Source of the DNA: the human T2T-CHM13v2.0 reference genome, Homo sapiens
Direction: 5' to 3' (one strand)
Length of the DNA: 64,000 nucleotides
Assembly (NCBI RefSeq): GCF_009914755.1
Contig: NC_060929.1
The notes below the pieces were generated by a model. It was not told the origin of the DNA. It made no database searches and saw nothing but the letters and a program-made list of their open reading frames with translations. This document shows, piece by piece, positions 1 through 14,290 of the stretch. The translations under genes and the position numbers were made by a program. Within the stretch, counting starts at the first letter, position 1; each line of letters opens with the position of its first letter.

Positions 1-644
1 ATAAGAGGTTAGGGCGTGGAAATAAGGGGTCGGGGCATGGAAATAAGTGATTGGGGTGCAGAGATAAGAGGTCGGGGCATGGAAATAAGGGATGGGGTAC
101 AGAGATAAGAGGTTGGGGCATGGAAATAAGGGATCAGGGCACAGAGATAAGAGGTTGGGGTGCAGAAATAAGGGATTGGGGTGCAGAGATATGAGGTTGG
201 GGTACTTGCCCCTCTAGAAAAGCGGGACTTGCCACTAAGAGTGAAGGAGAAGGGGTTGGGGGTTTCTTGCCCCCCCAGAAAGGTGGAGAAGGGGTAGAGA
301 CAAGGAGAGAAGGGGTTGGGGTACTTGCTCCTTCCCCAGAAAAGTGGGACTTGCCGCTAAGGGTGAAGGACCAAGGCAGGCGTCCCTGAGTGGTCTGACA
401 CCTCTGAAACATGGGTGAATAATCAGAGAGATGTCCCTGCAATGATCAAACAACAAGGGAAGGCTGCCTTCCCTAGTCCGTGACTGGCCCTGGAGTTTTG
501 GGTCCATGGATAAAACATGTCTCCTTTGTCTCTACCAGAAAATGAAAGGAATTGAAATTAAGAGAAGGGAGAGATTGAAGAGTGGAAAGGAGAAAGTGGT
601 TGAGGGACAGTGAGAGAGGTTGGAGAAGAGAGTAAGAAGACGCC

Positions 645-653
645 ACTTACCCT
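645..653 (-). promoter_or_regulatory. HERV-H leader splice donor
   Basis: Minus strand AGG|GTAAGT about 130 nt downstream of the PBS, the position of the HERV-H major donor. Confidence 0.7.
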
Positions 654-776
654 ATTTAAAATTGGTGAGCTGTTCCTTGGGCTGGTGGGTCTGAGGACCT
701 GAGGTCATAGGTGGATCTTTTTCACGGAGCAAAGAGCAGGAGGACAGGGGACTGATCTCCCAAGGGAGGTCCCCCG

Positions 777-794
777 ATCCGAGTCACGGCACCA
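777..794 (-). promoter_or_regulatory. Primer-binding site for tRNA-His
   Basis: Plus strand ATCCGAGTCACGGCACCA equals the 3' 18 nt of tRNA-His including CCA; 2 nt from the LTR end. Confidence 0.93.
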
Positions 795-796
795 AA

Positions 797-1207
797 TTTC
801 ATGCATGTCCGTGTGAAGAGACCACCAAACAGGCTTTGTGTGAGCAACATGGCTGTTTATTTCACCTGGGTGCAGGCAGGCTGCGTCTGAAAAGAGTCAG
901 CGAAGGGAGATAGGGGTGGGGCCATTTTATAGGATTTGGGTAGGTAATGGAAAATTACAGTCAAAGGGGGGTTGTTCTCTGACGGGCAGAGTGGGGGTCA
1001 CAAGGTGCTCAGTAGGGGAGCTTTTGAGCTAGGATGAGCCAGGAGAAGGAATTTCACAAGACGATGTCATCAGTTAAGGCAGGAATAGGCCATTTTCACT
1101 TCTTTTGTGGTGGAATGTCATCAGTTAAGGCAGGAACCAGCCATATGGATGTGTACATGCAGGCCACAGGGGATATGGTGGCTTAGCTTGGGCTCAGAGG
1201 CCTGACA
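797..1207 (-). mobile_element. LTR7, 5' LTR of HERV-H
   Basis: Minus strand begins TGTCAGGCCTCTGAGCCCAAGCTAAGCC and ends CATGAAA; duplicated TTCCTGCCTTAACTGATGAC blocks, TATAAAA (925-931), GT-box (913-921), AATAAA (856-861). Confidence 0.95.
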
Positions 1208-2924
1208 GTTGGGGCCTCCCCCTAGCTCACAGAAGAGGAGCTAGGGCTTAAGGGTGAGCAGCAAGTCAGCAGGTGGCTAAGGTTGAGCAGAGGAACCCAA
1301 GGGTGTGCCTCGGCTGAAATGCTTTCTTGGATGAGGGCTTCAGCATCAGGATTCAGGGGTAGTAACAAGGGCAGACTGCAAGAGAGCATTGTTGGGGGTA
1401 CAGGCACACTGAACCCAGCACAAGGAGGCCTTGAACCCTGACCCAGAACCACCCCTTACTTAGAGCAGTGACACCTCAGCCACATATGCCGAGCATCTGA
1501 ACTGTGGCAGCTAGTACAAAATGCATTCCGTAAACATTCGTGGAATGAATGAGCAGACGAATGAATGAACGTTTCCGTGTATCAAATGGGAGTGATATTA
1601 TTTACTCCAGCTCTGCCAGGGGATTATTGATAGGGTGAATTGAGACGATAGAGATGGAAAAACCCTCTAAACTGTAAAATACTATGCAGATGTAAGGATT
1701 ATAATGTGAATGGATACAGTTGATTGCCAGAGATAAAAATCATCAAGGAATCAGCTGGTGATGGTGTAGTAACTTCCCTGGACTGCAAGAAGCAGCTTTA
1801 ATTGGAGCTCTTAAGGGAAATCTCTTCTCTCCATCGTCGAATTAGTAGGACTATTACCACTATTATTGAAGACATTTTTAAATTTTTTTACATCACTGAA
1901 TGGAACAAATCAAGCAAGATTTCAGGTGATAAGAAATAGCAGGAGGATTGGGCACACAGCGTGGTGGGAAAACTTAAGAAGGGTCCCATCTTAGCATTCC
2001 AGATGAGACTTACTGATGGCCGAGTCCCACTCCCTATTTTAGAGTGAGGGAAACTGAGGCCTGGAAAACATGCAGTGTCATGATGCTCACCTGGATTAAG
2101 TAATAATCATAACAGCTCACATTATGGACTGAACATCTGTATATATGAGGTTGATTCATACAATAACCCTATAAAGTAGATACTATAATTATCTTCATCT
2201 TACAGTTAAGAAAACAGAGACTCAAACCAAGTAGCTAGTCCAGGTGTACACAGTTGGTAAGTAAGGGTAACATACTAACAGGGTATCTCCCTGTTGCCAG
2301 AGCAACTGGAGGTCCACAGATAATATCATTGTGGGAAGAAATATATTGTTTTATTTACTTGGGGTTTGGGGAATATTTGACTAAAATGATGACTGATGTT
2401 GGACATAGAACGTGGGAACCCCTGCAATGATGTCTCTTACCTGGGAGTGAAAACATGTGCAAGGACTCTCTTGGGGTTTAGAAACCAATCAGCTCAAGTC
2501 AGGCCCCGCAGAAAGGAGTGTAGTTAGAGGCACTATAATTCCTGAGCCCTCCTGCTCCCTCTCTCATTAGCTGACACCATCAATTCAAGGTTAATGCACG
2601 CCGGGTTTGGGAGCTAATTATTCCACCATTACAGATATAAATTTCCCCTGGAGAACAGCCAGAGATGGGAGCTGGAGAGAAGAGAAAGAGGCTGAGGAAG
2701 GAAAGAGGCCGCCTAGCTCTGACAGATGGGAAAATAGCATGTCATCATGGGTGGCGGGCTTCCCGACCACTGGAGCATGCCTCCAGGAAATCTCTGCATC
2801 TTTCCTGGTTGTACTCCAGGCTGACTGCTCTGCCCACACTCCTATTTGCCTGGATTTCTGGCAGTCGCTGAGCCCCCACCCCCATCTGTCAGCCTTCATG
2901 GTTCCTAAAACAGCTTGCAGAACA

Positions 2925-3545
2925 CTCTTCAATTCCACAATTTATCTAGTCCCTAGTCTATGCCAAGCAATGGGATGCAGGACGTGGGGGGTGCCGACCA
3001 CAGTGATTAATAACACATAGTCCCTGACTTCAAGGAGATTTTATTACTGGGGAAGAAAAATGTGCATTCAATCAACTCTAGCACTTGGCTGTGTTATGGG
3101 GACAAAGTGCTATGGGACAAAAGAGAGTCACTTGAGCTAGGAGGTTCTGAAAAGGAAGAGCCATTTGAAGTGTGTCTTGAAGGATGAGTACGGTTTCAAG
3201 AGCGGGGAAATGGGAAAGGGCGGATATTACTCCAGGTAAAAGAAACAAAAGCATAATGGCAAAGAAGGCAGAACTTGCTTGCTGTGTCTGGGATGTAGGT
3301 TAAAGCATGCTGAAAGTGAGCCTGTAATGGGAGTAAGGACTAGGGAAGGCAGCTGGAAGAGACCATGAAGGGCCTGAACGAGCATGATTTGGAATTTAGA
3401 ACTTCTATTAGAGGCAATGGGGAGCCACTGATGGCTTTTGAGGAAGGGAGTGACATGATGGGATCTGCATTTTAGAAAGAGGGTGGGGTGGGGTGTAATA
3501 GAGGGGAGCAAATGGAGGGAGGCAAGAGGACCCAGCTTCACGAGG
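2925..3545 (-). mobile_element. L2 LINE fragment
   Basis: Diverged L2 3' motifs such as GGGAGCCACTGATGGCTTTTGAGG...TGACATGATG...GCATTTTAGAAAGA; boundaries approximate. Confidence 0.65.
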
Positions 3546-5148
3546 AGCTCTTACATTAAGACTCCAACAGGAAGAAGGGGGAATTGCAATTAGTGGATGT
3601 GTTGGTGACCTCGTAAAAGGAGGTGACCTTTTAAGATGAGAGAAGCTTTCATCCACCCATTCAAGTTCATTTAGTGTCTTTTTTTCGTGAAGATTCATTT
3701 AGTATCTCTTTTTCATGAAGACAGCTCGAGCCAGATTTCTGGCCAATTGTTCTGGCTGGGCATTTCTGTGTCTTCCTTAGGGTGTCTTCTGGAGCAGGCT
3801 GCCCACTTGCCAGGGCAGGTAGCAGGCAGGGTTGTTTGGCCTGGAGGCCTCTCAGGGTGAGTGATGGAAAAATTCATCGTGGGCAGGTGGAGGGCCTGCT
3901 CAGGTGGGGAGACAGCAGGTAATGGGTGGGTGGGGTGAGCACAGAGGCTGCTGCAGCCCAGCCCTGCTCAGCGGCTAAGGGCTGGGGGACAGGGGAATGA
4001 GCATGTCAGCTCAGCCCCTAGAACTGGCTGCCAACCGAGGGCAAAGAGTGCTGCTCCAGAGCAGGACAGCAAGGCAGGGCACAGTCACCTGATCATCCAG
4101 CCTCTGAGACCCTGGCAACTTTGACGGAAAGCGTGCTCGGAGCAGCCTGGGGCAGTGGCCCCTACTATGGGTTTGCACCTGCAGAGAAGAGATCAGCTCA
4201 TCCAGTGAAGAGAGAAAGGCTGGGCTGAGCACTCCCCATGGAACTTCGCTTCTGGACCTGGCTCTTCAGTGGGCTATCTGGGGACCTCTCATGGGTGTAT
4301 TGAACTCCTGAGGCAGGCAGGAAAGCATCAAGGCCCAGAGATGCTTGGGACTGGGAAGCATCCTTCACCATCTCCTTCTGGAGTTCCTTGACATTGTTCT
4401 GTCCAAACAAGGGTGGCAGATTCCTCAAAAACCTAGAGCAAGGCAGAGCAATACTGGAGAAAAGGGAAGTTTCACTTGTGGTTGTAGGCCTTTCTAATTT
4501 TCAGATGGTGAGTGCACCTAAGGATGTACGTTCAGACACGTTTACAGATGAAATGCTGTACCTCCAAATCAGCGATGCCCCATCATCATCTTGCTGAAAA
4601 CCAGACCAGAGAGGAAAGTGTAAAAATGCTCATGAGTGGATACACACACAAAGACACACACACACACTCTCCACGTGCCCTGTGTCCAACGCAGATATGT
4701 TTGAATATTCAGGATGGGAGGATTGAGGAAGATGATGGACTCAGAACCCCCCCTTACATGCACATGAAGTTCAAAGGGAGGAAGGCCTGGGCAGAGCAGG
4801 GTTACCTCCAAAGCCAAGAGATCAGGGAGACGCTGGGATGTAGATCCTGAAAAATTTTGGCATAGGCGAATGTGGAAGTCTTTAGGAAGAAAAGGAAGGT
4901 GGACGTTCACCGTGGATGCAGAGGATGCTCCGGAAGGCCGCGGTTTATTAAGCACCTTCCATGCGCCCTGTGTTGGGCTAGGTGCTTTAAAGTGAAAGCT
5001 GATGCTGACAATAATCCTGTGACATAGGCATGATTATTGCATTTGCGAACGAGAAAACCAAAGTTCAGAGGCATCAGGGAAGTGATTTGTCCGGGGTCAC
5101 ACGCAGAGCTCGGATATCTTTCAAAAGCCCACGTTCCTCTGTCTACAC

Positions 5149-5367
5149 CAGGAGTTCTCAATCGTGGCTCTGCTAACTCTTTTGGCTGGATAGTTCTTTG
5201 TTACGGAGGCTGTCTGTGTATCACAAGATGTCTAGCAGCAACCTTGGTATCTACCCCCAGGTATGAATAGCACCTGCCCCCTAAAATTGGGACCATCAAA
5301 AATGTCTCCAGACATTAATTGCTACATGTCCGCTGGGGGAAAAACCACCCCTGACCTAAGGCCACTG
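5149..5367. mobile_element. MER20 (hAT-Charlie non-autonomous DNA transposon), full length
   Basis: Termini CAGGAGTTCTCAA...GCCACTG, internal AAAAATGTCTCCAGACATT, 219 bp, degenerate 8-bp TSD GTCTACAC/CTCTGCAC. Confidence 0.88.
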
Positions 5368-6044
5368 CTCTGCACCTGCTACTCCCCAAACAAAGGCATT
5401 TAGGATTCCCACCCCCAGCAGTCCAGAGCTGGTGCAGCTCAGCCCTCCTGTGCTCTTTCTGCCTGTAAAGTGATCATCCCACAGCCTGCACCCTTCATGA
5501 GTTCTGCAAGGCAAGCTCAGTCAATGCTACCATGCCCAGGCTCAGGTCCTGACCCTGCTGTGTGGGGTGGAACCATCTGCTTCTCCTGTTTTTAAAAAAT
5601 GGGGGGCTGGTGGTCCTGACCAGCAGTTCTCAACCAAGGATGTACATGAGAGTCACCTGGGGAGCTGTTTTATTGTTTTGTTTCTTTGTTTATTTTTGAT
5701 ATTCAAAACAAAGATACACTTGTCCTGTCCCAGTCCTCCTCATGCCCAGGGTTGCACTCTCCTGGTTGTTACGCCTGGCCCGAATCATTTCCAGGGCTCA
5801 TTTCAGCCCCACCCTTCACTCCTGAGCTCCCTTGGATTCATTCACTCACCTCCCAATTTTCCCTCCGTGTGCCAGATGCCAGTGTTAAGGACCGGGGCTC
5901 AGACAGGGCTCTCAGTCAAGGAGTGAGGGACAGGGAATGAACATGCCATGGCACAGGGCAGGACCTGCTGAAAGACAGACAGGCCCAGCAGCGTAGAGAA
6001 GCGGTGAGCAGCTGCTGTCAAGGGGAGGGAGTATGGGGCTGAGG

Positions 6045-6356
6045 CAGGTGTGTGATGGGTGTGGGGAAGGAGGGGTGGTGGGGCACATCTGTGTATGTGA
6101 GTGGTGGTATTTGGGAGGGAATACGGGGGTGTGTGCATGTGGAGGGGAAGGGGTTTATGGGTGTACGTGCATATGTTATATGCGTGTGACTGAATAGTGT
6201 ATATGGTACGTGTGTCTTGTCTGTGTGTACAACTACATGTCTATGTGAAGAATCTGGGTGGTGTGTGTGTCTGTGCCCTTGTATGTGCATGTGTTTGTGT
6301 GTGTGTATACAAGGTATGTGTGTTTACAGAGTATCTTAGTGCACATGTGTGTGTAG
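6045..6356. repeat. (TG)-rich low-complexity tract
   Basis: Interrupted TG/TATG dinucleotide runs. Confidence 0.8.
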
Positions 6357-7530
6357 AGGGCCAGGCAGCAAGAAGGCCTCCCAGAGAGGACAATCTTTGG
6401 CCTGGCTCTTGGAGGAGGAGGAACAGTTCAGTAAGTGGAAAAAGAAGGGAGAGGCCTTCCAGGAAGAGGGACAGGCAGGCAGGGTGTGTACAGGCAGAGG
6501 TGTGACTGAGACTGGCATGTGTGGGGCATGGTGGCAGGGGGGTGAGGGGGTGGCGAGGAGATGGGGGCACGGATGGGAGAAGGTGAGGACTCAGTTTGCG
6601 GGGGCACACTAAGTGTGCCTCACTGGAGCCCTCAGCGCCCCTTTAGAATTTGAGGTGGGCTTGCCAGAGTTTTGGGAAGATGGCAGCAGCAGCAGGGCAG
6701 CACCTCTGGGAAGTCCCGGGAAGAGGCCTGGCTAGGCCAAGTCAGGGCCACACCTGAGCTGGCTGCAGGAATGTTTACAAAGCAAATGCATACTGGAGGG
6801 ATTAGCAACCTGAGTTCTTGGCCAGCTGAGGTGGGTCACACCTGTAATCTCTGCACTTTGGGAGTCCGAAGTGGAAGGGTCTGTGCAAATCAAGCCTCTC
6901 CGCCAAATCACCTGCCGGCTTCCCACCCACCCCCAATCCCCACCTGAAGCCAGGTGTCTCTAATCTCTACTCCTGAGCATGAGGAAATCCAGCACAACCC
7001 CACCACCACCAGCAGGTAGAGCACCAGCTGTAACCAGGGCACAGCTCCTGAGCCAGCGGGCTCACTTTTCAATCTGGTTGTGGAGCAGGACACTGAGAAG
7101 CAGCCCACAGAGCTGCAAGAGTTCAGGCTGGGAGGGGACTCGAACCTGCCGTCAGCCTCACTGGTTGTGCCTCCTTGGGCAAGGCTACCCCCTGGCTCTC
7201 TGTTCCCAAGTGGGAATCCTGAAATGCCAGCAGCATTGAGTTGCTGTGATTCATTCAACAAATGTGTCCCCCTACCGTGTGCCAGGCACTGGAATACAGC
7301 AGGGAGAAAAGAGATAAAGACCCTGCCCATGTGAAGCTTGTGCACTACGGGGAGGAGACCAATCAATAATAAACATAACAAATGACTCGACTGTGGAGGC
7401 TGCTAGAAGGAGATGAGGCAGGGAAAAATGAGAAGAGCAGGGTATGGGGGACAGAATGGCTGTGATGGCGAATATTGGAATATGAAATGTGACTGACCTG
7501 TAGAGGCAGTTAGGGAAATGCTGATTTTGC

Positions 7531-8335
<805 letters not shown>

Positions 8336-9667
8336 TAAATAAGCCATGCTGAAAAGGGCTCAATGAAGTGACAAACAGAATGAATTATTTTCCCTTACTA
8401 ATCCAGTCAACACCTGCTATGCGTTTGGTTCTATACTAAGAATTAAGGATGGATGCAAATAATTTCTGTAGGGGCTCATAGTCTGGTATGGAGGACAGGC
8501 AAGGATACAAACTAAGGATCCTGTGGTTCATGGTATGGTGGGTGCTATCCAAGGGGTCAGCCTAGAAGATGAGGAGAAAACCTGGTTGGGACAGGAGGGC
8601 CTCTGAGGGACCTACTGGGGTTGGCCTGATGGAAAAGAGGGAGAAGACAAAGGGCGTTCCAGGCAGGGGAACAGCATGTGCAAAGACTAGGGGAAGGTAG
8701 GGGTTGAAAAAAAAGAAACCGGGTGAGCCACCTGGCGGCAGTTGGAGAAGTGTGAGTAGTTCAGGGTGGGTTGAAACTGGGGAGTCACAGAGTAGTGATC
8801 TTTGGGACCGTATCCTGAAATCTTTTGAATACCATGCCAAAGGTGTTCCGGCTTTTTCAGAAAAATAACCACTGAAGGATCTTTAAGCTGGGAAGTGATC
8901 TGATTGTAGTAGAATTCCAGGAATAATGCTGACCAGAGCACAATGAGGGTGGAGGAGGGGAGCAGGAATAGAACAGCATTCCTTCTTTTGGGCCTCCTTT
9001 TAATGTCACCTCTTCGAAGAGACATTCTATTTTAGGCCCATCTGAATAGAACCCTCATCATGCCCCGTCATCGTTAGCCAGCTTTACATTTCTTTATAGT
9101 GCTTATTCCTACGCAACATTGCATCGACGTCTGTATACATTTCTTTATTTTCTGGTCTCTTACCTATAGGATATACATTTCACTTAAGCAGGGACTCTAC
9201 TCACGGCTGTGTCACTAACACCTAGAAAAGCACCTGACACACAGTTGGCTCTCAAATTTTTTTGAAAGGAAAAAGTAATAAAATTAATGGAATAATAAAA
9301 TTCCATTAAGAAATGGAAAACTTTGCTGTGGGCCTGTTTTTATCTGAAGTGGTTGGCAGCTGGGACTTGGGTTTGCCCTGAGGCTGGTGTTGAGCTGCTG
9401 TGAAGGTCAGCAAAGTGAGCCCCAGCCCATGAGATCTGTATCCCAAGGCTCTGGAGCCAACCAAGCAGGCTGATGCTGCTGCAGAACCCTGAGAACCCAG
9501 TGCTGCAAAGATCCTCTCCATGTGTGCTGACTCTAGCCCTTTGGGGCTGGAAGGCTTCTGACGCTGGGTGCCATGCCAGCATCTTACACCACCAAATGGT
9601 TCCAGGGAGGGTGCAACTGGCTACTCAAGGCCCTGGGTCTGAAATTACAGATCAAAAAATACATTGT

Positions 9668-10007
<340 letters not shown>

Positions 10008-11426
10008 TTATACTATAAAGTAGGTATGTTATCCCCATTTTACAGAAGAAAAACTGAAACTGAGAACTGAAACTTGGTGATTTGCCAAGATCACAGAGCC
10101 AAGAAACCAGAACCCAGGTTTGACTCCAATGCCTGTGTTCTGTTTCACTCAGCCACGTAGACTGAAATGTCCAATGCCAAACAAGACCCACCATCCCAGA
10201 GCCCCAAGCTCGGCTGGCCTCACCACCAAGACTTTCCATCTTCTGTGATACACAGACCCTCAGACCCCCTCATCTAGCAGCACCCGTTAGCTCCCGGGGA
10301 AAATGCCAAGCCAGGGTGGGCAGGGTCAACTTGGTGAATGAAATGGAGAAATAAGAAGCCCCATTCAGCTCTAAAACATGCTGTAGAAGATGCAGAAGTA
10401 TATTTGGAATCAAGAACCCCTGGAAACTGACCAGGGAAGCATTTTGATAAATGAAACTAATGTATGTATTGCCTGACCCTCTGGCAATGGCATTAATGCT
10501 TTTTCATTTTTTTAATGTATTATTTATTTGAGTTGAGGGAACGTGGTAAGGCTGGGCATGCTGAGCCTGAGCTCTTTACAGTGGGTAAAGTGATGCTGGG
10601 GACTTGGTGAGGTTGTTTCCTGTAATGGTTCCCAGTCTCCGCGGCTGGGATTACAGTGTCGGCCACAGATCTTTCGTCCAGGCCGCCCCTCCCTGGAAGC
10701 AGCTTCCCACGGTGCACAGTAAGGGGTGTGGATGGTCTGTCCTCAGCAGGGACTCAGCCTGCTTTCGGTAGATCCAACCCACTTTCCCTCAATCGCCCTG
10801 TGGCCCACAGTGCCAGTGATTGTGTTTGTGACTTGAGGTCTTTAATAACCTCAGCTTCTGACAGTCTTCTAAAGGTGCCAGTGACTTAGCAGCTCAGAAG
10901 AAAAGGCTGATTGAGAGAAAAAGAACAAAGCATCAAGGGTTGGAGAGAGTGGGTGGAGACCTCCCCTGGCTTTGGGGGTTCTCAGACTGTGGGAGTCTGG
11001 CTGAACCCCAAGAGTTATGAAAGATTCCAAGTCTAACCTGAGGTTTATGTTAGCGTAGCTATTCCAGTTTCCCAGGATTTGAGATGGGGAGGCTGCTGAC
11101 GAGGTGGAAGGCCAGCCCTCTGCTTCTCCTCCAGTCAGGACCCATTTGCCTGGGCTAGGGGTTCCCACAGGGTGTTCCCTGAATCCCTGAGAGAGCTCTG
11201 CCCCCAGCCCCTGCCCAGCCTTCCTGCAACCCCTGAGAGAGCTCTGGCCCCAGGCCCTGCCCTGCCTCCCCTGCCTTCCTCAACACATGGCTGACTCCTT
11301 CCCACCCTCTAGGAATCAGCTTAAATGTCACCTCTCGAAGAGATATTGCTAGGTCATTCCATCTAACCTGGCCAGCCCTGCTCCATTTTTTGTATTTCAG
11401 AGCTCTTATCACACACTGTAGTTAAA

Positions 11427-11787
<361 letters not shown>

Positions 11788-11963
11788 TAGGTATTGTCTG
11801 CCTCCACCTCTAAACTGTAAGCTTCAAAGGAAAGGCCAGGTGCAACTGAAGCAGCATTATTCCACCAGCACTTAGCACAGTGCCTGGTATGGAATGAGTA
11901 GGTATTCGGTAATATTTATTAACTGAATCAACGATGAATGAAATGAGAGCTCTACCTTATAGC

Positions 11964-12160
11964 CATAGTCCTCAAATTTTAGAGTCAATAAGAATTACCT
12001 GGGGAGCTGATTGACATTCAGATTCCTAGGCCTCATTTCTTGATCTTCTGATTCGGTAGGTCTGGGGAGATGCCCAGGAATGTGCGTTTTAACAAGTACA
12101 CCCCTGGTGATTCTTTCTGACAGAAGCACCTCTGGACAGGCCACATCTTGGGAAACACTG
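11964..12160. mobile_element. MER5-family DNA transposon
   Basis: AGAATTACCTGGGGAGCT...CAGATTCCTAGGCC...GGTCTGGGG...TTTTAACAAG...GAAACACTG. Confidence 0.75.
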
Positions 12161-12352
12161 CCTTACCTGCATGGTTTGTCTCCACTGCAGTGACATCGCT
12201 GAGAAATGAGTTTTCACCACCTGCCATTGCCTTTTTCTCCAGTCCTTTAAGCATCTCTAGAATCTGGAGGTTTATGCCTTGGAGCTGGGGCAATGGCGGG
12301 GGGTGTGGGTTGTGCAGTGTAGCAAGAGGAAGGTATGTATTTATTATTATTA

Positions 12353-12668
<316 letters not shown>

Positions 12669-13819
12669 TTAGAAGCAAATATAAGAAGCTCGTAATACAC
12701 TGCTGTTGCCCAAATGTGCAGATACCATTGATCGCATTTGTTCATTGGCTCAGTAGACTTTTTGAAGACCCACGATGTGATCAAGGCACTGACTTCAATA
12801 TTGGGGATGAAACAATTAACAGAACAAAGTACCTGACCTCAAGGAGCCCTAGCTAAGCCCTAGCTTAGTGGTAGAGACAGGTAGGTCCGTGACTGTTGAG
12901 CCCAGTAAGGCCCAGCAAGAGCACTGTACAAGGGCAGCACAAGGAGAGAAAGTTACCAAGGGAAGTCAAGGCACTCCATGGAGGAGAGAACATCAGGGCC
13001 AGTTTTAGTTTAGCTAAAGCTTCGTTGGCCAGGAAGAAGATATCACAGAGCAAAGTTAGCACAAACTAGGAATGACCACAATGCACAGAGTGTTCGGGAG
13101 GAAGCCGCAAGGGACCTACCTGGAGAGATGCACAGCGTTTTCCAGAGAAACAAGGTTGGTCTTGACCTGCTCCGAACTTACCATTGCCAGCCCCCACATA
13201 GGATCCAGGCCACAGCGGTATTTTTTGTCACCTGTCCAGGTTTACATTTTTTCAGATTGGAATGTTTTTAGCCAAAGAACTCTCCTGTTTACCACGGTTC
13301 CCACCAGTCGTTACACTCAGCCTTCATGCATCACATTGCCTGCCCAGCCCCTGAAGTTGCCCAGCAACTAGGGCTGGCACCCTTTGCTACCCACTCACCT
13401 CAACACAGAGCTGAAATCAGAGAAGTGACCTGATCCGCTCTGGGTTTTTACGAAGATCGGCCTGGTGATTGTCAAGAGGGGAATATATTTGGAAGTTGAA
13501 AAAACAGTCAGGAACTTCCTCAATAGCCTGGCCCAACTGTCTCCACACTTTGATCCTATGTCCTCAACCTGTGTACATTAATTTATTTAGAGACTGTCTT
13601 ATGTCCTAATATATGGTATGTGTGATAAGATATACAAAAAAAAAAGCATTTAAATGGGTGAGATAAAGATGAAAGATGACATAACACTACTTTTTAAGCT
13701 TTTATTTTGTTAACCATACCCAGGAAAACCCTTTTCACTGGAACAAATTTTTATGAAAACTAATATTTGTACTGAGGTTGTTATGTTTTATCATGTTTGT
13801 ATTATTTTCATATTAAGCT

Positions 13820-14290
13820 TCTGCATTATGATATTTAGAAGACTAGTTTTAAGTTCAAATTATTTTGATATTTAGTTCTAATCACTTTCAGAATTGAAAA
13901 AAATGATACTTCACTAAAGTGCAGAAATCCAAATGGAAAAGGCACTAACTACATTGGCTGTGCTTGCTATAATAATAATTTTTCTATCTTACCAATTATG
14001 CAAATTGTGTCTAAATTCAGTTAGGAAATGTCATCTTCTCTGATGTCGATCAATTGTTCTTCCACATTTGCCATTGGCACTTTTATATTTTTAACAAGAG
14101 TTTGAAAACTCTTCATTTGGAAGATGTTTAATTAGGTGACGATGAGTGAAGTGTCAGTGCTACCATTTTCTTGCTGTTTCCATTACTAGTGTTATCTCCT
14201 TTCAGTAGTTCATTTTTGCAATAATCTTTTTTTAAGCCACACATCAATTTAGGGTTAATTTGGTGAAAACAAATCATCAATCCATTTAAC
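13820..14290 (-). mobile_element. Decayed hAT-Charlie transposase fragment
   Basis: Minus-strand translation gives EEQLIDIRED and PFPFGFLHFSEVSFFSILKVIRTKYQNNLNL, resembling the hAT C-terminal dimerisation motif (LPF.STYLCE..FS....IKTKYRN.L); contains stops and frameshifts. Confidence 0.65.

Larger units (their letters stand above)
1..796 (-). mobile_element. HERV-H internal region (leader), continues off the left edge
   Basis: On the minus strand it directly follows the LTR with TTTGGTGCCGTGACTCGGATCGGGGGACCTCCC, the typical HERV-H leader start; ~40-bp degenerate tandem repeats at 1-200. Confidence 0.93.

Noticed and set aside
134-507. ORFs in the HERV-H leader as gag
   Set aside because: Short, low-complexity leader repeats with no recognisable Gag domain in the window.
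777-794. tRNA-His gene
   Set aside because: Only the 18-nt retroviral PBS; no tRNA body.
3666-3721. 28-bp tandem duplication
   Set aside because: Real (3 mismatches) but an ordinary intergenic slippage product with no functional cue.
6018-6612. Overlapping ORFs rich in H/T/C/V
   Set aside because: Artefacts of TG-rich low-complexity sequence.
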